In this document: positions 1 through 27,600 of the stretch, one piece after another
How the letters are laid out: each line of letters begins with the position of its first letter
Numbering within the stretch: position 1 is the first letter of the stretch
Origin: Balanoglossus misakiensis
Taxonomy: Eukaryota > Animalia > Hemichordata
Assembly (NCBI GenBank): GCA_040954595.2
Contig: CM082587.2
Span: 961,622-1,025,621 of the forward strand
DNA length: 64,000 nucleotides
Direction of reading: 5' to 3'
Program-made: the position numbers and the translations under genes
The notes under the pieces: generated by a model
The model's database searches: none
Told to the model about the DNA's origin: nothing
The model's input: only the letters and a program-made list of their open reading frames with translations

Positions 1-120
1 TAATCACCGTAGCAACGGGTTGCTAGCCAACCAAAGCCTGGGCTGATCAAACAGCAGTGGCCACATATGTTTTGTTATATCCTTCGAGGGACGAAACTAT
101 TTGTTATGCTTCGATTTCAG

Positions 121-18011
<17,891 letters not shown>

Positions 18012-18449
18012 ACTGTCAAGTACAAATTGTGCGATACCAATGTTTTTAATTATATAATCCCAATTGAAGATGTCGTAATTTCTTCTTGAATGTCTTTATT
18101 CCTGTATTTATGTTTCACAAGATGACACACATCATAAACTTGTCCAGTTAAAGAAGATGAAGACCCTAAGAATATGGGTTTTTACCATTTATAGCTTTAG
18201 TGTCTGTTCTACGTATACATATGTGGCTGTTTATAATATAAATGGTTTGCAATTAAAAAGGCAAAGTAGCCGGTTATTTTGCCAAGTACGGTCTCTCGAA
18301 GTTTGATCATTTTGCTTATCGATAAACATTCATGTGTAACCCGGTATATAGCCTCAGGGAGAAACCAAAAGACAGAATCACTTCATACAAATGCCAATTG
18401 AGTGAAGACTGACAATCCATGCAAATAGTATTCTCAGATCCTCAGGGTA

Positions 18450-20587
18450 TCAGAGCTCATCTTTTGTTATCATGTTACTTATACCGGTATCCTGCAAAAC
18501 AAAAAAGAGAATGAAAATATAAAATCTTGTCAGATTTCTTTTATGATAAAAAAACTAAAGGTCAAAATCCTGCAAATATTCTAACATTATGAAACCTCAA
18601 TTCACCCGAGGAAATAATTTATGTAGCTCTTGATGTCTATATATGTGATATGGATCATTCCAAACTTCAATGGAAATCTGTGTTTTCAGCAATTACGATT
18701 TTTTTTACCATCGGGCTCTCAAATAGCAATCAAGCGAAGGATAGAATGTTCAGAGTAGAAATCATAAAGAGATTGAAATATAAATAATCCTACCTCTTCA
18801 TTTAGTTGAACAGCATTAAGAGTTTTCCAGATTTTGCAGTAGTGTTCTCGCAGACCTTTCAGCATTAGTGGATTATCTGCAGTTTTTCCGTTGAGGACAA
18901 AATATTCTTTATTTTGGCCGTAGGCTGTCCATTTATTGTCGTGTATCTCATTTTCATGTCCCTTATTAGGATTTCTGCCAAAACAGACATTAGAAAATTT
19001 TTAGAAGGGCAGTAGCTGAATATATTTGTATGTGTTTTAAATATTGTGAAATTTTCAGATTTGAAACGATCAGAATTCAGATCATTCTGCAGTCTGTTCT
19101 TGTATCACAAACTCTTGACCTTGAACTTACCCTGTTTTGGCAAAATTTGCCCAGAAGTTCATGATCTTGCGGCTTAATTGCTTCTCCTCTTCAGTGAAAC
19201 CATCCCAGACCAACGCTTGACCAAACACAAACTTGGTGTCATCAGAATGAACACTTCCCATCCACTCTGGAAGACGGCTAAAGGAAGGGCGGTGGCCAAA
19301 TTCGTAGTAATACACATCTAGGCCAGCATTTGTGTACACTGATGCCAGATGCAAAGATGGGCATCTGTAGCTGTGGTCAGTAGCCATGTGGATCAAGATA
19401 TCACGGAAGTGTGATCCATCTGTGGGTGCTGACAACTTGACATAATGTTCAGCAATAGAAAGAGGATCTTCATACGCAGAATACAGATACTGAACGACGT
19501 TTTGGAAGACCCCATAATCCATTTCAAAATCATTCTCAGGCAAGACACCTGGTAACTTCACCCTGAATGTCATTTCACCTGAATCTTGTTTGGTAGTTCC
19601 CATCAGAAGATTAGTCTTCTTGAATTCTTTCTTCCTGGCTAAGATGACTGGAGGTTCTGTAATGAAGGTGCCATCAATAACTGGGGGGAACGGTGTTCTG
19701 AAAAGTGTGAATGGTTTTTGAACCCTGGCAATGTCTTCTGCTGGTTTCGCCTTCAGACATTTCAGAATCCGAGAAACATTTGGGATGCCACCATCACTGT
19801 CATCTAAGCAACCGACTTGCCTGGCCAAATCATATCCTCTCTCCATTCCCTCTTTCTTGCTGGTGAAAGCTCTCTTAGTGTTCATGATGTACCCACTCTG
19901 AATAATGGCTCTCTGGTAGAGTTTTTGGCTCTCGGCAGAAAATAAGTGGTAGCCGACCGATGCACCTCCAGCGCTCTGTCCAAAGATGGTCACTTTCCCT
20001 GGATCCCCACCAAAGACAAAGATGTTTTCATGCACCCATTTCATGGCCAGCTGCTGATCCAACAGACCCATGTTGCCCGGCGCATCAGGTGTGTCCAAAG
20101 CAAGGAAACCAAAGACCCCAAGACGATAGTTCATGGACACCACTATGACCTTCTGTGTTGCAGCAATCACTGACCCATTAAACTTGGGGTTTTCTGACCG
20201 ACCCCAGGTAAATCCACCACCATGTATCCAAACCATCACAGCTGCCGACTGAGGACATGGATGTGGGACCCACACATTGAGTAACAAACAATCTTCGCTC
20301 TGTGGAAGAGGACCTACGTTATCCCTGTCATGTTTCTGAATACAGGAAGCTGTGAACTCGGTAGCATCTAGAGTTTCAGTCCATGGATCTGCTGGCTCTG
20401 GCGCTCGAAAACGCAGCTCTCCCACGGGTGGCTTTGCATATGGAATAGACAGGAAGACATCCACTTCTTGACTTAGTGTTTGCAGCCTCCTTCCTCGTAC
20501 TGTGCCACTCTTAATGTTCACAATAGGCTGATCACTTGCAGAGCAAAGGTTCAAAGACAGAAGGGTGACTACAAGTAGTTCAAGCAT
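18450..20587 (-). CDS. Type-B carboxylesterase (cholinesterase-like fold) with signal peptide and C-terminal KDEL; 3 coding exons
   Basis: Exons 20587-19131, 18974-18794 (GNPN...W..Y...EY) and 18491-18450 (DTGISNMITKDEL*). Motifs SEDCLLLNVW, WIHGGGF, NYRLG, GNMGLLDQ, FGQSAG, GSVHSDD. Start chosen at GCCATG 20587 before a hydrophobic signal peptide; ATGs at 20608 and 20638 are alternatives. Confidence 0.92.
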
Positions 20588-20808
20588 GGCTAATGAAGGC
20601 TTTGTCATTTGTGATGGGTCTATTATAGCAGCTATCATTGCAACGTGTGTTCCATTCAACTATACCGTAGAGGGCCTCGGTCAATTTAGGTCAAGAATTG
20701 ACCCAGGTTTGACCTTTGCTAGGGTCTTGATTTACATGTATATCAAATACATCACTCATAGTGCAATGCATTTCATAAATTACAGCTACTGAAACTTGAT
20801 AGGAGACA

Positions 20809-23114
20809 ATGACATCAAAGGTCGTGGTGCTGGTAGCTACCACATCAGCAGTAGGTGCCTGTTTGTTGGCTGTGTGGTTGAGAAAATCAAAATGTCGAAA
20901 GAGGAAGGCAAAATTTGGACGGGAAATACGCAGTCAAGAGTTCTCACTGAGAGAGGACACGTACCCATGCAACAATGGCTCGTATGGAGCAACTCCAAAA
21001 CAAGTGAGAGAAGTCAGGGACAGGTAAGCAAGATTATGGTTTGGGTGGCAAAAACAAACTTTGTGCCTCAATTTAATCCCAGTCAGTTTTTTTTATAGTG
21101 ATGTTTAGCATGGTTGTTTTATAGGTTTCTGGAAGAGCTTGATCAAAGTCCAGATGAGTTTATGTTGTGCAAAAGAATGATTTATTATGAAGAAGCCTTG
21201 CTTTGTGTTGCTGACTTTGTTGGTGCCAAGATGGAAAACTTGTTTTTCGTTGAAAATGCAACTACAGGTGTGTTCTTTCCATTTATTAATATGCAAATGC
21301 ATATTGTTTGCATAATTCATTAATTATGTAAATTACTCTCACTTATGCATATCAACCCACAAAACACTAATCAGGTTTATATTCTTCACCAGGAATCAAC
21401 TGTGTCCTGAAATCGTTCAAATTCAGTGAAGGTGACAGTATTTTCATCAGCAACTTGACTTACCCAGCAGTCATCAACACAGCTTTTGACGTCTGTGACA
21501 GCTCAGATAAAGGTAAAATCTAGTCATTATGCAGTGTTGGTATTTTTAATAAGAATGCATATATAGAGAACTCATCCCCCACTCTTATCCCAACAGGAAT
21601 CAAACATGTAAAGGCAGAGTTCAAATTTCCAATTCAAAGCAAGGAAGACCTTGTCCAGCAGTATATCGATATCTTAGAGTCCAACCCATCCATCAAAGTG
21701 GCTGTCATTGATCACATCACCAGTAGTACGGCGTTGCTGATGCCAGTTCAGGAATTGATCCAGGAATTTCACAGCAGAGGAGTACAGGTCATTGTCGATG
21801 GGGCTCATGCACCAGGACAATTGGAAATCAACATAGAAGAACTCGGGGCTGATTACTATGTGGGTACGGAAACCCCTCTTTATCATTTGCTGTATAGACG
21901 CACAAATTTTCAATTGTCAGAAGTGAGCCTTGTGTGACCTCCTTTAGCCCGGAGACCAGGGCGTCGATCTAGATCTTTTCCCCGACGCCCTGGTTTACGG
22001 GCTAGACCTCCTTGTGTGACCTGTACTTTAGTGGTGAACGTACTATTGTGCTGTCTACTTGTGCCTGTCACATTGCCTTAGACTCGTGTTTTGGCTTGTC
22101 ACAAGCTGGCTGAAGCCGGGGGCTGAGATAAGCCTGCAGATTTTACTGATAAGTGGTCATTTCAACCATCATGCATTTAGTGCCAATGGTTCTGTGCCAC
22201 ACGGGAGTAAAATTGAGTGATGTTTATACAGCTATGTTTATATGTATTAGCCTCATACACATATTTAGCCAATATTTGAGGAGAGACCTTCCATCTGTTA
22301 TTCTGCAGGTAACCTGTACAAATGGTCCTTTGCTCCTAAAACCTGTGCTTTTCTGTGGATACACCCAAAACACTACAAAACAGTGAAGCCACTGGTTACC
22401 TCACACCACTATCAACAGAGTCTGCTGAACCAGTTTTCATTGCATGGCACACGAGATGATTCAACATATTTCAGTGCTCCTGCTGGGATTCAATTCTTCC
22501 AAAGCATTGGCGGGCTTGTAAGTGTTTCAAGTCAAACTCCTTATTTCCCATCTGTCTGTCTGTATGAATGTGTGTAGTAATCTTCAAATGCTTTATTTAA
22601 AATCACATCAAAATAACATTTTCCAAAAGTTTGTTAAATATTTTCAACGTCTATCACTCACACAGCCACTGCTACAAGAGCCACTTGTTTACCAAGAATG
22701 TGTCAAGTGTCTAAATAATATCAATTTCTCCCTCTTCCATATTTATCTGTCTTTCCACAGGAAGAAATATCCAACTATAACACCGGGCTAGTAGACTGGG
22801 CTCTTGATATGCTGTGTAGAGATTGGGGCACACAGAAGCTCTCCATCCCCAGAGATATGAGGGCTCCCTTTATGGGGATGGTAGAAATCCCAGAAGGCAG
22901 CATCACCATGCCAACCGTAGCCTCACGAAGTAACATTGAGAGGATACGAGCTGATATCTACAACAAGTATAATGTTTATTTTGTACTTAGTATCATACAA
23001 GGTCGAATGTATTGCAGGATTTCTGCACAGGTGTATAACACACAGAATGATTATCTGAAATTGCGAGATGCCTTCCTGGATATGAAAATGACAAATGCCA
23101 AATTGAAGATGTAA
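20809..23114 (+). CDS. PLP-dependent aminotransferase class V / C-S lyase (hercynylcysteine-sulfoxide lyase Egt2 / L-cysteine desulfhydrase / isopenicillin-N epimerase-like); 6 exons
   Basis: Exons 20809-21023, 21125-21267, 21393-21512, 21597-21863, 22309-22517 and 22761-23114 join in phase. Motifs NNGSYGATP, VENATTGIN, DHITS, VDGAHAPGQ, YYVGNLYKW (PLP lysine), GTRD, RISAQVYN. Confidence 0.9.
21945..22004. mobile_element. 60-bp palindromic non-autonomous element (MITE-like) with 9-bp target-site duplication, in intron 4 of the lyase gene
   Basis: Arms TAGCCCGGAGACCAGGGCGTCG and CGACGCCCTGGTTTACGGGCTA (22 bp, 2 mismatches). Flanked on both sides by GACCTCCTT (21936-21944 and 22005-22013). Confidence 0.8.
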
Positions 23115-23258
23115 AACTTAATAGGACTTTGATGACGTACATGCATGATTGCATTTGGAAGTTTTCTTCCAAGCTTCGCTCAAACGGTTTAAAGGTAAAA
23201 GCTTAAAATATACAGCATTTTTTTAAAAGCAAAATCACATATATTTGAGAGGTCCATA

Positions 23259-26200
23259 TCAGCTTGTTGCTATGACATCACGGTCATACATAAATGGTTT
23301 CAAAGACTGTGGTATTAGAACTCTGCCATCCTGAAACAAACAACAACAAAGCATTGTGTTAAGAAAAATACTTTCAGTACAAGAAGTGAACAATTGCATG
23401 AGGATCCCAATCACTGGGTTGCTATATTTAGGATTTCACATGCAAATATACATTTAAAGCCCATTTTACCCTTTGTGTCTTACCTGTTGTTGGCAGTGCT
23501 CTAGAACAGCAGCTACTACTGCCTGGACATTGATTGCTGTACCGACCACCTGACAAGACACAAATATATAATTTGTAAAATTGCCATAATTGTTTCATTT
23601 TGTGGTGTGAATTTATGATATGGTGGTGGTACAGAATGGTAAAACCAGTCATGATATAAAAAAGTGTTGACATACCATGTGGCAGTAACTTCTCTTTCTA
23701 CTTGCAACTGCTGTCTCTCTTGGGTTAGTTGGATATTGGATTTTTAATCTTCTACTGATATAGTCAGTATACTGTCCCACTGATGATATCTGTGTTAGAT
23801 CAGAGTTTTGACAGGTCATCTCACAAACGCATACTATGAAGCATTGTCATTTATGTTAACACTGAAGGAATCTGTCACAAAAGCACACTGAAGATAGATA
23901 GTGTAATTTAGGTTGAACTCAGAAAGTTTATCAGTTGTAATCTGAAGTTTGTTACCTCCACATAACGATCATCTGATGGCAACCACATCTGTATTGAAGA
24001 CTTCCTAGACATTGCTAGTGACAACTCGTGGCTCGGTAAACTGACCACCCTGGTAACAGAACATATTCTTTATTCAGCAACCTATTGACCATCATCATAG
24101 AGCATTCCCAACAAAAACAACATCTGTAGAAAACTCACTTGAAATGTATGTCAAGTTGAGAGAACAGATGCTGAAGAATTTCCAAAAATTCCTGAAAAAA
24201 TCTGTCACTCTCGTCTTCTGAATCTCTTGTCAATCCACATATATGAACCTGGAATGGAAAGACAATACCCCGATGATGTGATTTGATCAGCTTAGCACAC
24301 ACTTTACAGTTGTAACCATAAACGAGTTTGCCTTTGGGAAATTGTACTCACCATGCTGGATTGTTGCATTTGGCACAGATTTGTGAAGTGTTCTTTTTCT
24401 GAAATTTAATGAAATGAAAGGAAATACAGGTGTGATGTGTATAGCTGACATGTCACATATGAGGAACACTGTAAAACAACCGTCAGCACAGTTTAAAAGT
24501 CACTCATAGCATCTGTTATACAGCTTGGTTTATACTTACCATATATAGGATTGTAATTTCTACCGACAGTGAAACACCTCTCGGGAAGACTATCATTTTC
24601 AACAACCATCATCGTGTAATACGCTGCAGAGATTAAAATAAGATTTATTTTCTTTATTCATAACATGACAAGATTTAATGTTGTGGTCATAAATGCAGTA
24701 CCAGTACATGTTCTACTTGTATATCGGAATATTTGCGGTAACCTAGGGGGTCTTTTCAACGTAAATTTGCATAAAGCAGTATTCTCGATATAAATTGACT
24801 TTTATTTAAAATCAGAATACATTCAACAGGTTAAACACAGGATATTGATGAAATTTTAAATATTCTCACCCAAGATAACATGTATTCATGTGATTATAAG
24901 GGTGATTTGTAAATCATTAAGTGCGCAGTCATTCTAATATTTTCTCACCGTAGACAAAGTTTCTTGGTGAGGTAATATATAACAATTCAGCACAGTTTCT
25001 CACTGATCCTTCGATTTGGTTCGGCGGGAAATGATGATTCGTACTAGCATGTGCCTACATGACACGTGCGACGCTCTTTTACCTTGTTACAAATAACAGT
25101 ACGTCAACTATCTGATCCCCCATTATTACTTTTAATGTGAGACATACATACATACAAACACACACACATAGAACTGCAGGGGTGGTGGTGGAGAGCATTT
25201 GCCATGGGGCAAGACCCTGGATGATTGAGTTTGTCTCACTAGTATACTCAATTACCATAGTTTTGGATGTACTAGTATGTTGTATGTACTCGATCATATG
25301 GTGCTGCTCTTGTATTACCTTACCTGCAAACGACATAATGGATGACCCTGCAAGATACAAAGCTCCATCACTACTGAGCACCGAGTATACCTGTAACATG
25401 AAAGTTGAGTTTTCAGATTCTCCACATCATGGGCTCCATTGGGTTCAGTAGATTTGAATGAAAAGTGATATTTTATTGAAAAGAATTATCAACTCTTTTG
25501 AAAGCAAACGCATTTATGTGTTCACAGTGTATTGTATAGTCTTGTAGACTGTTTGAACCTCTAGCTTTGGCCAACGCAAATCTTATACTTACCTCATCTA
25601 TATTCAGAGCACATCCTTCCTGTAAAAGTTAATACAGTTTTGTCAGAGAAGATCTACCAATCTAAGTCAGTGAAGACACAAACAAACACTAAAGATCCCG
25701 TAAGCAAGAAATCTAAAATAGTGCTATCTTTTTGTGGTTACATGCATTAAGACTAGCACAAATCTGATGAAACCACTAGGGCTTACCACTATAAGATCTT
25801 TGAACATGTCTGGAGATGACAGTTGTAGGAAACCATGATTGTTTAAATTGTCTGACATCCATGACAACAAGGCCAATTCTAGTATTGTGGCTTCCTTTTT
25901 AAGATAGCAGGTACCTTTGTGAACATGGTCATGCCTGAAAAACAATTACAAGTATTGCTTACACATAATTATGGCGGGTATTTTTCTTATTTTCCTGAAA
26001 AGGCAGAGAGATTGCATGTACATGTAGATGGACCCTTGCAGAGGGACACTGTGCTAGATTGGAAGGTCTGTCGATTGAGGGCGCTATACTATTGGCCAGC
26101 CACCACTTCATTGTGGTGTGTACGCCTTCAATGCACTCTAAGGAAAACCTGAATTAGCAAAACCTGTGTCACATATTAAAAGTATCAGGGTATAGTGACT

Positions 26201-27404
26201 CACCCTACTGACAACAAATTATTTTCTTTCCCAATATCCACATGGCTCTTCATCCATGGTTGAAACTCTTCCCTGTGTCCGGAAGAGTATGAGACTTTGC
26301 CTTCTGTACCTGTTGGCTTCAATGGAAAAATGTTGACATGTCAATCGGTCTGGACTACAGATGTGGATGAATCCTAATTTACTGTATTCAAATTGTGCAT
26401 ACTTACTGTGTCAGAATGTGTAAAGTTTGGAAGTTTTAAAATCATGGAGAAAAGATCTTCTAAAGCACTGGCATGAACCATCTGCAAAACAAAATAATTT
26501 AAATTATATTATTTTCATACAACTTAATGTGTATTTCTTGGAATATTTTTGATCACCTTGTCAATGCTGTTGAAGTGTGAATGTTACTTTCATAGTCTTT
26601 TTGAAAACTGAAGTTGACATTATCTACTTACACTGACTTGTTTCAATTCTTGTCTGAGTTCTTTGCTTTCTTGTCGAATCTTCTGTTTGTCATCATCTGA
26701 TCCTTTCTATATAAATAATTTAATAAAGATTGTTTTGGATATGTAACATAAAACCACAGAAATGAAATCACAATATCAACACAGATGATCGCCCAGACAG
26801 AAAGGGTCTCAGTGCACAACAAGGCAGTGACTGTACAAAAAGGTGCAAAGTTCTGACACTAACTCTCATATTGATTTCCTTGGCAAGTTGATTCATTTTC
26901 TTCTTCTCTGCTTCTAATCTTTCCACTTCAACTTTCAGTTTCTGGACGTCGTTCCACACTTGCATCTGTGAATTGTGAGAATAGGGTACAGATGATCACA
27001 GTTCACTCAAAAACTTGGACGTATTTCTGAGTTGATTTGCAAAAGTGTTCGTTAAACATACAAATGTTGTTGTGAAATGAACATGACTGTCTGTTTACCA
27101 TTTTCTCAAAGTCAACCGTCATCTTCCTTGCAGCTACATTGTTTTTCATCCGATCTATATCACCCATAATATTTCCAACATCAATATCCGGTCGGCTGAG
27201 AAACGGCACTTTTTCTCCATCGCTAAAAGTCGTGTAGAGAGTGGCCATCGTTCTTCGATTTTGTCGTCTGCACTCTGTGCAAGGATTCCTGTCATGATCG
27301 AAGATATACGTCGCACTTGCATCCACTCGTCTACTTGTCGATTTTAACAATCCAAAACACCGGCCGAGGGTCCCCAGTCTATTTATTCCAACCCGTGACA
27401 TCAT
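23259..27404 (-). CDS. Mitochondrial seryl-tRNA synthetase-like protein with degenerate active site (SLIMP-like SerRS2 paralogue); ~15 exons
   Basis: Basic N-terminal presequence (MMSRVGINRLGTLGRCFGLLKSTSRR), coiled-coil arm, LKLPNFTH. Exons near 27404-27099, 26965-26864, 26706-26632, 26481-26407, 26317-26205, 25935-25788, 25619-25593, 25390-25324, 24625-24540, 24398-24352, 24248-24139, 24049-23956, 23789-23676, 23549-23484 and 23330-23259 (DGRVLIPQSLKPFMYDRDVIATS*) follow the SARS2 sequence order. Confidence 0.85.
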
Positions 27405-27455
27405 TCTGGCTCAACAGAGTGTCCTTTTCGCACGATCGCATCAACTAACGTGAAT

Positions 27456-27503
27456 CAGGAAGTCAAAACCATGTGTTTATTTCACGTCGTCGTGAACTTC
27501 CGG
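27456..27503. promoter_or_regulatory. Two ETS/GABP-type sites just upstream of the SLIMP-like start codon
   Basis: CAGGAAGT 27456-27463 and ACTTCCGG 27496-27503, 50-100 bp from the ATG. Such sites are typical of TATA-less housekeeping and mitochondrial gene promoters. Confidence 0.4.
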
Positions 27504-27512
27504 TAGGACTTT

Positions 27513-27600
27513 CAGCTCCCTAACTTAGTAGTAATTTTATACGGTCGCTTGTGGCGCAGCTCCCTAAGTTAGTGGTAATTTTATATGGTCGCTTGTGGCG
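27513..27600. repeat. 44-bp tandem duplication (2 copies)
   Basis: CAGCTCCCTAACTTAGTAGTAATTTTATACGGTCGCTTGTGGCG then CAGCTCCCTAAGTTAGTGGTAATTTTATATGGTCGCTTGTGGCG (3 mismatches). Confidence 0.9.

Noticed and set aside
19127-20659. Acetylcholinesterase label, and the 510-aa ORF as the full protein
   Set aside because: The ORF starts at a TTG and stops in an intron, and two more exons follow. It lacks the choline-binding Trp loop and the GESAG motif, and ends in KDEL.
23259-27404. Calling this gene canonical SARS2
   Set aside because: The TxE, motif 2 and motif 3 catalytic residues are replaced, so a SLIMP-like paralogue fits better. It is also not called a pseudogene, because all exons are open and in phase.
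27513-27600. CRISPR-like repeat
   Set aside because: Two adjacent copies with no spacer, in a eukaryotic context with no cas genes.
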